64,000 nt of DNA. It comes from an uncultured Gammaproteobacteria bacterium (GTDB taxonomy: Bacteria; Patescibacteriota; Patescibacteriia; HK-STAS-PATE-3). The notes beneath the pieces are model-generated. The model saw nothing but the letters and a program-made list of their open reading frames with translations. It searched no databases and was not told where the DNA came from. This document shows, piece by piece, positions 19,841-29,510 of this stretch. Position 1 is the first letter of the stretch. The number at the start of each line of letters is the position of its first letter. The position numbers and the translations under genes are program-made. Where the stretch lies: assembly GCA_964637345.1 (NCBI GenBank), contig CAZWTD010000002.1:6426-70425 (forward strand). The letters run 5' to 3'.

Positions 19841-19901
19841 ACCTTAGCAATCACTTTCGTTTGTGTCAACGTTAGCACAACATACTTTTCGTCCCTGTCA
19901 A
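19841..19901 (-). promoter_or_regulatory. Promoter(s) of the sortase/adhesin locus
   Basis: TTGACA(19869-19864)-17-TAAGGT(19846-19841); second TTGACA at 19901-19896. Confidence 0.55.
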
Positions 19902-20010
19902 GATAAAAAGCAAAGAGGGGAATCCGAGATTCTTCGTTGGAAAAATGAAGTTTGCTATACTATTTAGGCACTCGACATACTCGAAGGACCATTCTTGAAT
20001 CCGGAATCGT

Positions 20011-21090
20011 ATGAAATACGTCATTTTGGCTGGCGGGGGAGGTACTCGACTTTGGCCCTTATCTCGATCGAGTCGGCCGAAGCAATTTCTGCGCCTTATC
20101 GACGATCGGACACTCCTTGAGTTGACGGTCGAGCGTTTGGGAAAAGATATTCCCAGCTCGAAGCTGTTTTTTTCGGTGACCGAGGAAACTGCCCATTTCG
20201 TGCGCGAACTTTTCCCCAAGGTAAGCGAAGATCAGCTCATTATTGAGCCTGAAAAGCGGGATACTGGTCCAGCCATGGGTTTTGTCGCTGCTGTTCTCGA
20301 ATTATCAGACCCGGATGAGCCGATCGCCTTTCTCCCCTCAGACCACTTTATTCGCGATACTGAGCGTTTTGTGCAATCACTCCAGGTGGCTGATGACCTA
20401 ATTCGGGAAACTGGCTGTCTTCTCGATATCGGAGTTATCCCAACTTGGCCGAATACGAACCTTGGCTATACCCGCGTAGGAGAGCGGAAATTCGAACGAA
20501 ACGGGATCGCAATTCATCAATTTCGTGGACACACCGAAAAACCTCCAATCGAAGAAGCCGAAGCCTTCGTTGCATCTGGTGAGTATCTTTGGCACGCGAA
20601 TTATTACATGTGGACTCCTCGGCGTTTCCTTGAGGCGTATGAAACCTACGCTCCGGAAACGGCGGCAACGCTGCGGACGATTCAAAAACTGTGGAAGCAG
20701 GGAGATCGAGCCGGCGTCGCGCGTGAATATGCGACCCTCGAAAAGATTTCTATTGACTATGCAATTACCGAAAAAATTGACCCAAGCCGAGTCCTTATCG
20801 TCCAGGCTCCGTTTGACTGGAGCGATGTCGGCCTCTGGAGCGTGTTAAAGAAACTTCGAGAAGAAAATCCGAATGATAATGTAGCGTCCGGCTCGGAGCT
20901 TCTCGCGATCGATTCCCAGAATTGCCTTGTGTACGGCGAGAAAAAAAAGGTGATTGCGACCGTCGGAGTTCGTGATTTACTGGTTGTTGATACTGGAGAC
21001 GCTCTCCTTGTCTGTCGAAACGATCGCGATCAGGACATTAAGCTTGTCGTCGAAGAGTTGAAACGACGACAAAAGAACGAACTAACCTAA
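20011..21090 (+). CDS. manC: Mannose-1-phosphate guanylyltransferase
   Basis: LAGGGGTRLWPLSR..PKQFL, EKP, SIDYAI, WSDVG. Confidence 0.9.
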   Translation: MKYVILAGGGGTRLWPLSRSSRPKQFLRLIDDRTLLELTVERLGKDIPSSKLFFSVTEETAHFVRELFPKVSEDQLIIEPEKRDTGPAMGFVAAVLELSDPDEPIAFLPSDHFIRDTERFVQSLQVADDLIRETGCLLDIGVIPTWPNTNLGYTRVGERKFERNGIAIHQFRGHTEKPPIEEAEAFVASGEYLWHANYYMWTPRRFLEAYETYAPETAATLRTIQKLWKQGDRAGVAREYATLEKISIDYAITEKIDPSRVLIVQAPFDWSDVGLWSVLKKLREENPNDNVASGSELLAIDSQNCLVYGEKKKVIATVGVRDLLVVDTGDALLVCRNDRDQDIKLVVEELKRRQKNELT

Positions 21091-22145
21091 TGCGACGTTC
21101 GCTTCTCATTTTCTTCATTTGCTTCCTCGTCATTCTCGGCACTGGCGCCGTTGCCTGGTTTTGGTTTTCGGCACAGCTAGGAGCCGCTGATCCTGAAGGG
21201 AGCAGTCAGCGTTTTACTATTGCGAGCGGGGAGAGTAGTGAAGCAATTTCTAAAAGGCTTGATGAATCGGGGATTATCCGAAGCTCGCTGGCTTTCCGGG
21301 TGTACACAGCTCTCGAAGGCCTTTCGAGCGGACTCCAAGCCGGCACCTACGATCTTTCTCCAAGCAGCAAGCTTGCCGACATCGCTCGTGAGCTGTCAGA
21401 TGGAAAAGTGCTTAGCGATGAGATTAAGGTCGTCATCCCCGAAGGATTAACCAATGATCAACTTGCTGATCTCTTGGCCGATGAATTTTTGCCGTACCAA
21501 GAATCCGGGAGCGGCCTTAGCTCCAAGGCCCCATTAAAAGCAGCCTTTCTCGATTCTTTTTCCGGTGAAGATCTTACGACGTCTGACTACCCTTTTCTTG
21601 AGGGTCGCCCAGCCGGCGCGTCGCTTGAGGGCTTTCTTTTCCCTGACACCTATTACTTTTTTAAGACTGCAACTCCCGAAGAAGTACGGAATCGACTCCT
21701 TGATACGTTCGAGGAGAAAGTTCCAGCCACGCTTCGCGCGGAAGCAGAATCACTCAATCGAGATTTTTTTGAAGTCTTGACCCTAGCGTCAATTCTTGAG
21801 AAAGAGCTTCGAACCAGCGCTGACCGAAAAGTTGCCGCCGATCTCTTTTGGCGAAGGCTTGATTCAGGGATGGCTCTTCAATCTGATGCGACGGTGAATT
21901 ATGTAACGGGGAAGTCGAGGCTTCAGCCGACCTTAGACGATCTTGAGGTTGAAAGCCTGTACAACACCTATCTTCATCCCGGTCTTCCGCCTGGACCAAT
22001 TTCTCATCCAAGCCGCGACGCGATTGAGTCTGCGCTTGAACCAACGCCGAATGACTATGTGTACTATTTGAATGATGCGTCGGGAAAAACGCATTTTGCG
22101 AAGACCTACGCTGAACATCTTGCGAATAAAGCAAAATATCTCTAA
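21090..22145 (+). CDS. mltG: Endolytic transglycosylase MltG
   Basis: LEGFLFPDTY, LASILEKE, LQSDAT, YNTY..PGLPPGPI. Confidence 0.95.
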   Translation: MRRSLLIFFICFLVILGTGAVAWFWFSAQLGAADPEGSSQRFTIASGESSEAISKRLDESGIIRSSLAFRVYTALEGLSSGLQAGTYDLSPSSKLADIARELSDGKVLSDEIKVVIPEGLTNDQLADLLADEFLPYQESGSGLSSKAPLKAAFLDSFSGEDLTTSDYPFLEGRPAGASLEGFLFPDTYYFFKTATPEEVRNRLLDTFEEKVPATLRAEAESLNRDFFEVLTLASILEKELRTSADRKVAADLFWRRLDSGMALQSDATVNYVTGKSRLQPTLDDLEVESLYNTYLHPGLPPGPISHPSRDAIESALEPTPNDYVYYLNDASGKTHFAKTYAEHLANKAKYL

Positions 22146-22834
22146 TGAAGCCAAGTTCCTCAACCTTCGTTCTCTCACTTGGCGGGTCGCTTCTAGCGCC
22201 GAGCGAGCTTGATGTTGCGTATCTCAAGCGACTTCGTCGCTTCATCCTCGGCTGGGTTCGACGAGGAGCGCGTTTTGCAGTCATTACCGGCGGCGGCGAC
22301 CTGAATCGTCGCTATAACGCTGCGACGCGCCGTGCTGCAGATATCCGTCCGGCAGATCTCGATTGGATCGGCATCGCGACGACAAAGCTTCACGCGCAGG
22401 TTGTCCGGGCTTTGTTTGGTACACGTGCATATGAGCACATTCTCGACAACCCTGAGCATCCGCCGAAAACGAAGCGCCCTATCCTCGTCGGCGGAGGATA
22501 TGTCCCGGGAAGCTCAACTGATCTGGATGCAGTTCTTCTGGCGAAGGCCTGGGGCGCGAAGACGATTATCAACCTAACGAATACCAGTCATGTATATGAT
22601 CGCGATCCGCGGAAGGACCCAAAGGCTAAGGCGCATTCGGAAATGACCTGGACGGCGTATCGAAAATTGATTCCAAAACGCTGGACGCCCCGACTTTCGA
22701 CGCCCTTTGATCCGGTCGCGAGTCGGGAAGCCGAGCGGCTTGGGTTAACGGTTTGCATTCTCAACGGGCGAGATTTCTCGTCGTTTCAACGCTTGCTCAA
22801 AGGAAAGTCATTTAAAGGGACAAGGATCTCCTAG
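22145..22834 (+). CDS. pyrH: UMP kinase, archaeal-type
   Basis: SLGGS, GGG, DWIGIATT, PGSSTD, VYDRDP, PFDPVA. Confidence 0.88.
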   Translation: MKPSSSTFVLSLGGSLLAPSELDVAYLKRLRRFILGWVRRGARFAVITGGGDLNRRYNAATRRAADIRPADLDWIGIATTKLHAQVVRALFGTRAYEHILDNPEHPPKTKRPILVGGGYVPGSSTDLDAVLLAKAWGAKTIINLTNTSHVYDRDPRKDPKAKAHSEMTWTAYRKLIPKRWTPRLSTPFDPVASREAERLGLTVCILNGRDFSSFQRLLKGKSFKGTRIS

Positions 22835-22879
22835 GGAACTCTTGACTATGCTTCATTCCTAGTGTACGCTCTTTTTGCC

Positions 22880-22990
22880 TATCGAAGACCGTACGGTCCG
22901 GCAGTCGCCGGATTCAAACGCCAACCGTACCGAGGTAGCGCGAAATGCCCGAAAAGCGGGCAAATCAACGGTCTTCGAGGACCGTTTCTT
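22880..22990 (+). ncRNA. L10 leader (rplJ autoregulatory RNA)
   Basis: GAAGACCGTACGGT...ACCGTACCGAGGT core plus hairpins directly upstream of rplJ. Confidence 0.75.
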
Positions 22991-23002
22991 TATTGAACAC
23001 CT

Positions 23003-23533
23003 ATGGGGAAAACCCGCACCCAGAAAGCTGAAGAACTCGATCGTCTGCGCGAGCGACTCGCCCGCATGAAGGTTGCCGTTATGACAACCTCAAGCCGTTT
23101 GACCGTTTCCGAAGAGACGGAGCTCCGCCGTTCGATGCGGAAATCGGAGGCCGATTATCTCATTATCAAGAAGACCCTCCTGCGCCTCGCGCTCAAAGAA
23201 GCTGGCATTGATCCTGCCGGACTCGCGTCGCTCGATAAGCCCTTTAGCGTAACGCTCGGGTACGGCGATGAAGTCGGAGTTGCGAAAGCGCTTGCAGCGT
23301 TTAAAAAAGAGCATGAAGCAGTTGATTTCCTCGGCGGAATCCTCGACGGCCGCTACCTGAGCGCTGAAGAAGTGAAAGCCCTCGCGAAACTTCCGTCGAA
23401 GACCGAGATGCTTGGACAATTCGTCCGAACGCTCCAAGCGCCAGTCAGCGGATTTGCCTCGGTACTCCGCAACAATATCTCGGGACTTCTTACCGTTCTT
23501 TCAGCCGTTCGAGATCAGAAATCAGCATCGTAA
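23003..23533 (+). CDS. rplJ: 50S ribosomal protein L10
   Basis: KKTLLRLAL, LAKLPS; adjacent to rplL. Confidence 0.95.
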   Translation: MGKTRTQKAEELDRLRERLARMKVAVMTTSSRLTVSEETELRRSMRKSEADYLIIKKTLLRLALKEAGIDPAGLASLDKPFSVTLGYGDEVGVAKALAAFKKEHEAVDFLGGILDGRYLSAEEVKALAKLPSKTEMLGQFVRTLQAPVSGFASVLRNNISGLLTVLSAVRDQKSAS

Positions 23534-23560
23534 TCTTTACCAGTTATTTATTGAATCACT

Positions 23561-23977
23561 ATGTCAGACGAAAGCACGCAAGCGAATGAGACCGTCGAGG
23601 TTCCGGAAAAGTTTAAGGCCCTCGTTGAGCAGATTGAGAAACTCAACGTCCTCGAGCTTTCCGAACTCGTTAAGGTTCTTGAAAAGAAATTTGGCGTTTC
23701 CGCCCAAGCCGCTCCGATGATGATGGCGGCCGCCCCAGCCGGGGAAGCGGCAGCTGCTGAAGAGAAGTCTTCGTTCAACGTCGAGCTGACCGAAGCTGGC
23801 GCGAACAAAATTGCCGTCATTAAGGTTGTCCGAGAGTTAACCCAGAAGGGTCTCAAGGAAGCGAAAGACCTTGTCGACGGAGCTCCGAAAGTGATAAAAG
23901 AAGGCGCGACCAAGGAAGAAGCGGAAGATATGAAGAAGAAGCTTGAGGAAGCAGGTGGAAAGGTGACGCTGAAATAA
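23561..23977 (+). CDS. rplL: 50S ribosomal protein L7/L12
   Basis: [28 protein letters not shown]. Confidence 0.97.
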   Translation: MSDESTQANETVEVPEKFKALVEQIEKLNVLELSELVKVLEKKFGVSAQAAPMMMAAAPAGEAAAAEEKSSFNVELTEAGANKIAVIKVVRELTQKGLKEAKDLVDGAPKVIKEGATKEEAEDMKKKLEEAGGKVTLK

Positions 23978-24038
23978 TCATTTCAGTTTTATCCTAAGCA
24001 ACCGCGAAGGATCTCAGCTAGCTTTCAACGATTTTCAA

Positions 24039-24068
24039 CCAAAAGGACGGGCGAGCCCGTCCTTTTGG
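24039..24068. terminator. Bidirectional terminator
   Basis: CCAAAAGGACGGGC-GA-GCCCGTCCTTTTGG. Confidence 0.85.
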
Positions 24069-24081
24069 ATTTTACCTAGCA

Positions 24082-26322
24082 CTATGCGTCTTCGTTCAGG
24101 CTTATTCGATAGATGAGGTTGCCGTTGAGGATATAGGCGCTCTCGCCGTTGTCTTCAATCGCGAAGTCGCGAAGATCAGTAAAGGCTGGGGAGGTGAATT
24201 GAGCCTGGAATTGCCCTGACTTCGAGAAGAGGACAAGGCGGCGACCACTCGCATCGAGAACGTAGATTCGATCCGAATTTTCACTTGTCCAAAGCTTTAC
24301 TCCGGACGCTAAGGGAGGATCGACTGGCCCGAGACTGAAATCATCAAGCCGGCCCTGGGTAAAGCGTCGAACTCCGCCGTCCTGGTTAAGCACGTATACT
24401 GACCCATCAACCGCGAGTGATACGCCGTTGACCAAGCTGACATCAGAGTCTTGAATCCAAGCGGAACCAGTACCGAAACCGTTCGTTCCAAGTTGATAGC
24501 GAAAGATTTGATTATTTTTCGTGTCGAGGAGATAGATTCGCGATTGATAGGTTGCGAGCGCGGTGATTGCCCGGTCCGCATTTACTGAGGTGAAATCTAA
24601 AGAGCGCGTTCGGTCGGTTGACAGCGAAAGGTCAAAGAACGCGTCGAGTCCATCCGAAAAAACAAGGCTTTGTCCGATGCTTGCTCCGAAACGAAGAGGT
24701 TCCGAAGTATCATTCGGATTCTCAATCAGCGTTGAGGATCCGTCGCCCGGGTTGATACGGAGCGCCTGATCAGCTCCGTTGCCAGCGAAGAGTTCTCCGT
24801 TACGGAAGACGAGAAATTCGGAACCCTGACCGGTAACGACGTTACCCACGTCAGCAACTTGGGTCGGGGAGTCAATGGTCACTAAGTGACGAGTTCTTTC
24901 GCGGATTTGGTTGACTGACTCAGCGAGGTTTTGCAGAGTAGAATCATTCGGGTGTTGTTCCGGCTCTAAGGTTGCCAGCAAGTCAACCGCTTCAGCTATT
25001 AAACGGCCAGCTCGGGTTTCGTCGTCATACGACAGGGCCGCTTCTGCATCAAAGGTCTTTTGCTCGATAGCGGTAATCGTTTCTTGACGAACACTCGTGG
25101 TTGTTTCCGATTCATTGCGTCGGCCCATCGAGACGATGCTTTGCGCAAAGAAAAAGAGAAGCGCGACAATAGCCAGGAAAAGAGCTTTCCTGGTAAAGGA
25201 CCACCTCGGGAAGCTCGCAACGAGCCGTGCAATTGCGTCGGCAATTCGTCTAGGTATAGTCTTCGCTGAGGCCAAAACCGTTCCGCGTTGTCGAAAAACC
25301 GTTTGAACGCTTTTGGCGACTGCTCGTCCGCCTTGGAGGGGAAGCGCGGTGAGTGATGATGCGGCCGGACGTCGAGTCTGCTGGGGTAAAGTAGGAGACT
25401 CGGTCCGAGATCGATCTCCGCCGCGTTGCACGGGTTGATTACCGCGAACGTTTGCCGCCATCTGTTGGGCGCCCCGGAGAAGCGTTCCGAGGAAGCGGCG
25501 CGCAACAAGCCAAAGTGACGGAGTAAGAAGACGCTGCGTTGCTTCTTCTCGGGCGATTAAATCGTCCATTGATGATCGAGTTTGAACCGTCAGCAAAGTC
25601 GGCATCGGCTGAGCGACAGACGCGGGGGTTTCAAGTTCCTCACGAACGGGTACTGCGTGGGCGAGGAGCGCAGCAAACGCGGTTCGCGGAGGCGCTTCAG
25701 CGAGGAGTTCGTCAAGGTGTCGAACCGCATCAAGCGGCGGTCGATCAAGAACAATGCGCTTGAGTTTTTCGAGCGAAAGGTAGTCGAGGAGGCTTGGAGT
25801 GAAGAATACGAGGTAGTCGTCTTCTTGGAGTTCGCCAGTGATAATGTTCGAGAAGATTTTCAGCGGGTTAACTTTGCGTTCTTCGGGTCCGGCTGAATCA
25901 ACAATGTCGACAATTCTTCCCCGGTGGACGAGCGTTGCGTGGATCTGGCCAATATGGGTCAGGATGAGCGTTTGATCCTTCAATACCCCGAGAATGATAT
26001 TGAAATGGTCGAGCCAGTCGGTCATTCCGCCCTCAATCAGTCGCTTGAGCTGTTCGTTTACGTGTTGGAGGGCCTGCTCAAAGGCGGTCTCAAGGCGAAG
26101 TTGAGGGCCCTGATAATAGGCCCGGCGCATCTCATCCTGGAGTATTTCAATGAGCTCCGTGTTCATCGGAGCCCTGGAGCCAATTTCGACAACAAGAAAG
26201 AGCCGCCCGAAGGTTCTTAGCTCGAGCGGTGTCGGCTGGGCAACGGAAACATGGACTGTTGAAACGCTCTTCTCTGGGTCATAGAGAAGGAAGGTTTCGA
26301 GTTCGTGGGACAGTTGTGGCAT
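24082..26322 (-). CDS. Bitopic protein: PP2C-like cytoplasmic domain, TM, NHL-like beta-propeller
   Basis: LILTHIG / GELQEDDYLVFFT PP2C-like strands; central TM; LAVDGSVYVL-type repeats. Confidence 0.65.
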   Translation of the reverse strand: MPQLSHELETFLLYDPEKSVSTVHVSVAQPTPLELRTFGRLFLVVEIGSRAPMNTELIEILQDEMRRAYYQGPQLRLETAFEQALQHVNEQLKRLIEGGMTDWLDHFNIILGVLKDQTLILTHIGQIHATLVHRGRIVDIVDSAGPEERKVNPLKIFSNIITGELQEDDYLVFFTPSLLDYLSLEKLKRIVLDRPPLDAVRHLDELLAEAPPRTAFAALLAHAVPVREELETPASVAQPMPTLLTVQTRSSMDDLIAREEATQRLLTPSLWLVARRFLGTLLRGAQQMAANVRGNQPVQRGGDRSRTESPTLPQQTRRPAASSLTALPLQGGRAVAKSVQTVFRQRGTVLASAKTIPRRIADAIARLVASFPRWSFTRKALFLAIVALLFFFAQSIVSMGRRNESETTTSVRQETITAIEQKTFDAEAALSYDDETRAGRLIAEAVDLLATLEPEQHPNDSTLQNLAESVNQIRERTRHLVTIDSPTQVADVGNVVTGQGSEFLVFRNGELFAGNGADQALRINPGDGSSTLIENPNDTSEPLRFGASIGQSLVFSDGLDAFFDLSLSTDRTRSLDFTSVNADRAITALATYQSRIYLLDTKNNQIFRYQLGTNGFGTGSAWIQDSDVSLVNGVSLAVDGSVYVLNQDGGVRRFTQGRLDDFSLGPVDPPLASGVKLWTSENSDRIYVLDASGRRLVLFSKSGQFQAQFTSPAFTDLRDFAIEDNGESAYILNGNLIYRISLNEDA

Positions 26323-26450
26323 GTCGCAGACGTCGGCCGGCCCAAGTGGTACGAAGCGGGCCAGCTTGCGGTTGAAAACGACCTTGAGTATACTGAAAAT
26401 ACGCAAAAACGACAAGCCGCTCGGCGAGTGGCTGACGTAGCCGCACTCCC

Positions 26451-27077
26451 ATGCTTGATACCCTCTTTGGATCACGAACCCGCGCGAAACTCCTCCGACT
26501 CTTCTTTGCTCATCCGAAAGAGCCCTTTTACGTGCGTGAGATTTGCCGGAAACTCGACGAGCACTTGAATGCAGTTCGGCGAGAACTTGTTCATCTCACG
26601 GACCTCGATCTCATCCGTGAAGAAGAGCGCGATCATAAAAAGTACTACTCGGTGAACACGAATTTTGTTCTCTATCCGGAGCTTCGTGCGCTCGTCCTCA
26701 AAACCCAGGTTATGTTTCAGCGTAACTTCCTTGAGGCGGTACGGGGTATTGGGTCCGTAAAGCTCCTCGTCCTTACCGGGGTTTTTGTCGGGCTTCCCGA
26801 CACCTTGACTGACGTGCTCATTGTCGGAAAGATTAATCGCCCAAAACTTCGGAGGCTTCTAGGCTTACTTCAGGAACATGTTGAGCAGCCGATTCGCTAC
26901 ACCCTTTTTTCGACCCGCGAGTTTACGTATCGAAACGATTTAACGGATCGTTTTATCTATCACATTCTCGAAAACAAAAAGATTGTTATGGTTGATCATA
27001 TTGATGCGATGCTTAAGCGGGCGGCGCTGAAAAAAGCCGACGAGGCGAAACGTGAACCAGAAACAAAGAATTCTTAA
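26451..27077 (+). CDS. Winged-helix plus degenerate nucleotidyltransferase-fold protein
   Basis: LFGSRTRAKLL..YVREI..RRELxxL wHTH; LTG..TDVLIVG. Confidence 0.7.
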   Translation: MLDTLFGSRTRAKLLRLFFAHPKEPFYVREICRKLDEHLNAVRRELVHLTDLDLIREEERDHKKYYSVNTNFVLYPELRALVLKTQVMFQRNFLEAVRGIGSVKLLVLTGVFVGLPDTLTDVLIVGKINRPKLRRLLGLLQEHVEQPIRYTLFSTREFTYRNDLTDRFIYHILENKKIVMVDHIDAMLKRAALKKADEAKREPETKNS

Positions 27078-27489
27078 GAATTCCAAAGCGCAGCATTGGC
27101 TTATCCTGGACACACGCAACCCGCAATGTGCGGTTATCGGCTTGTTTCGAGTAAAAACTTTTTCCTTTCGGCGCGAAATTCGACGAAGACATCAAAAGCC
27201 CATTCCACTTCTCGCTGAAGTGGACCGTCTCCTTAAGGGTAGAGGCACGCTCGCTGGTCTTTGCTTTGTAAATGCCCCCGGTGGATTTACCAGTTTACGA
27301 ACCGGCCTTGTTCTTGCTCAAACACTAGCCTTCGCTCGAACTATTCCGCTCATCGAGCTCACCTCAAGCGATCCGAAAAGTATTTCAGCGGCAATTCGGC
27401 GAGCAAAGAAGGTAGCGCAGCTTCAGTACGGCCGTGCTCCATCGATCACTCTACCTCGATCGAATCCTACGCGGAAACCATCGGCGTAA
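27052..27489 (+). CDS. tsaB: TsaB-like t6A biosynthesis protein (short)
   Basis: LILDT and PGGFTSLRTG (cf. PGSFTGLRIG). Confidence 0.6.
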   Translation: MNQKQRILKNSKAQHWLILDTRNPQCAVIGLFRVKTFSFRREIRRRHQKPIPLLAEVDRLLKGRGTLAGLCFVNAPGGFTSLRTGLVLAQTLAFARTIPLIELTSSDPKSISAAIRRAKKVAQLQYGRAPSITLPRSNPTRKPSA

Positions 27490-28639
27490 ATCCCGGGGCG
27501 AGTAGCTGCGCTCCAAAGCCCTCAACGCGTCCGCGCAAGCCGCGGATGGCAGCCTGAATGCGATCGCTATTCCAAAGCGCACTTGAATGAGCTGCTCCGC
27601 GCGTTTCGAGCTGTTCGAAGCTTACGGTGAGCGAGTGAATGCTTAGGGATAGTCCAAGTGTATCCAGGAATATCCGTCGGACGAGGGATGCAAAGGTAGT
27701 GCGCGACCGCAGATCAGACAGCTCAATGCGGCGTTGGTGGGTTTGGCCTTTATTGTCCGTCATTCGGAGAGTAAGAAAACCCGCCGAGCGGCCTTGCGAC
27801 TGAAGTGCCCGTACGCCTTTCTCGGTAAGGTGCTGAACTGCTGAAATAAGCCAGTCCGTATTTTGAACTGGTTGCTCGAAGGTTAAGCTTCGGCTGAGAC
27901 TTTTTGTTAGGGCAACTGGAGTGATGTTGCTTTCGTCCCGGCCTTGAGCTTCTCGTTGCCAAATGAGACCGGCCTGACCAAACTGTTTTTCCAACCAGGC
28001 GTCCGAGGCCTGGGCGAGCTGACCGAGAGTTGAGATCCCGTGTGCGATAAGAAAGTCCCGTGCGCGTTCGCCCAGCGAATAGAGCCGTTGAAGCGGGAGC
28101 GGGTAGAGGTAGGCCCGTTCGTCTCCATTCGGGATCATTGTTATTCCATTGGGACGCTTATGACTTGAAGCAGCATAGGCAACCGCTTTCGTTTGTCCGA
28201 TGCCGATGCTTGCGGTTAGTCCTAGCTCCTTTTCAATCGATCGTTGAAGTGAAACAGCGAGATCGGCGGGCGCGCTTCTCGCAAAACGCTCGTCGCTAAG
28301 ATCAAGAAAGGCCTCGTCGAGAAGCCGAGGTTCAATTCGATCGGCGTAGCGGAGAAGGAGCGAAAAGAAGCTTCGAGAGCGGCGCTCGGCTTCTTGGAGG
28401 TCAAGCGGTTGAGCGACAACGAGAGGGCAAAGGCGAAGCGCCTCGGAAGCCTGAAGACCAGGGCGAAGTCCAAGACGGCGCGCGAGAGCGTTAAGGGCGA
28501 GAATCGGGCCATTTGCATTTCCATTAGTCACTACTAATGGTCGGCCTGACCATTCTGGACGTCGCTGGGTTTCAATTGAGGTCAAAAAACTATCGAGGCG
28601 GATATGGAGAATAAGGCGAGGGGAGTGCGGGGTATGCAT
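27467..28639 (-). CDS. Y-family DNA polymerase homologue (DinB/ImuB-like), first catalytic Asp replaced
   Basis: LHIRLDSF, LDEAFLD, LTASIGIG, KRPNG, KSLSRSLTF. Confidence 0.8.
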   Translation of the reverse strand: MHTPHSPRLILHIRLDSFLTSIETQRRPEWSGRPLVVTNGNANGPILALNALARRLGLRPGLQASEALRLCPLVVAQPLDLQEAERRSRSFFSLLLRYADRIEPRLLDEAFLDLSDERFARSAPADLAVSLQRSIEKELGLTASIGIGQTKAVAYAASSHKRPNGITMIPNGDERAYLYPLPLQRLYSLGERARDFLIAHGISTLGQLAQASDAWLEKQFGQAGLIWQREAQGRDESNITPVALTKSLSRSLTFEQPVQNTDWLISAVQHLTEKGVRALQSQGRSAGFLTLRMTDNKGQTHQRRIELSDLRSRTTFASLVRRIFLDTLGLSLSIHSLTVSFEQLETRGAAHSSALWNSDRIQAAIRGLRGRVEGFGAQLLAPGFTPMVSA

Positions 28640-28642
28640 AGG

Positions 28643-28658
28643 CCGAAGAAAAACCGAA
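28643..28658 (-). promoter_or_regulatory. Putative LexA box TTCGG-N6-TTCGG
   Basis: Plus strand CCGAA-GAAAAA-CCGAA, 3 nt before the polymerase ATG; same motif in the lexA promoter. Confidence 0.7.
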
Positions 28659-28676
28659 GGATAAAAGGAAAAAAAT

Positions 28677-29303
28677 TTAGTATTTTCGAACGACGCCGAG
28701 GACTTTGCCTTGGATGACAACGGAGCGAACCTGAATCGGCTTATAGTTTTTATTAGCCGGTTGGAGCCGAACGTAGTTTTTATGCTTGTACATTTTTTTC
28801 AGTGTAGCAGTACCGTCTTCCAGGAGCGCGACAACCATATCGCCGTCTCGAGCGTAGTCGGTTTTTTCGATAACAACATAATCGCCGTCGGCAATCAGGC
28901 TCTCGATCATCGAGTCTCCGCGCACGCGAAGGACGTAGGCGTTTTTTCGTCCGACGATTTCTTCGGGAACTGAAAGCGTCGCATCCCGATTTTCAATCGC
29001 CTCAATCGGGTAGCCGGCTGCGATCGTTCCTACCAGCGGAAGGAGAATCCCGCCGTCGACAGCTCGGTCGTTCTCAAGGGAATCATCTGGGTCAAGAATC
29101 GTAATTCCACGCGCTTGTTGGTGGTCGCGTCGGATAAACTTACTCTTTTCGAGAAAGTCGAGATGCTCGTGAACCGTTGCGAGCGAGGAAACGCGGAAAA
29201 ATTTCGCGATTTCGGTTAGGGTCGGCGCGTAGCGATGCTCCTCGATGTATTCTTTGAGGTATTGGAGGAGCGCTTGTTTTTTCTTTGGAAGAATTGTCGC
29301 CAT
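28677..29303 (-). CDS. lexA: SOS repressor LexA
   Basis: PTLTEI HTH, AAG cleavage site, GDSM Ser, ATLKK Lys. Confidence 0.96.
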   Translation of the reverse strand: MATILPKKKQALLQYLKEYIEEHRYAPTLTEIAKFFRVSSLATVHEHLDFLEKSKFIRRDHQQARGITILDPDDSLENDRAVDGGILLPLVGTIAAGYPIEAIENRDATLSVPEEIVGRKNAYVLRVRGDSMIESLIADGDYVVIEKTDYARDGDMVVALLEDGTATLKKMYKHKNYVRLQPANKNYKPIQVRSVVIQGKVLGVVRKY

Positions 29304-29369
29304 ACGAGAGTGAGGATTTTCGGTACCCTAGTTCGGGTTTAGGAGGGGAGGGTCTTTTGTTGTAAAACC

Positions 29370-29399
29370 AGTATAAACCGAAGGAAAACCGAATGTCAA
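29370..29399 (-). promoter_or_regulatory. lexA promoter TTGACA-18-TATACT with TTCGG-N6-TTCGG box (29378-29393) in the spacer
   Basis: Plus strand AGTATA AA CCGAA GGAAAA CCGAA TGTCAA. Confidence 0.8.
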
Positions 29400-29510
29400 G
29401 GGCCTCTTTGAGAATGACTAATTCCCAAGAAAAAATGACCAAAATTGAAAAGAAAGGATTGATCATTAGGATTTGGTCATTCGTCGTTTCCCCGCTATAC
29501 TTCCGGCGCT

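Noticed and set aside
26451-27489. MNT-HEPN toxin-antitoxin pair
   Set aside because: The downstream gene is TsaB-like, not HEPN, and the NTase motif is degenerate.
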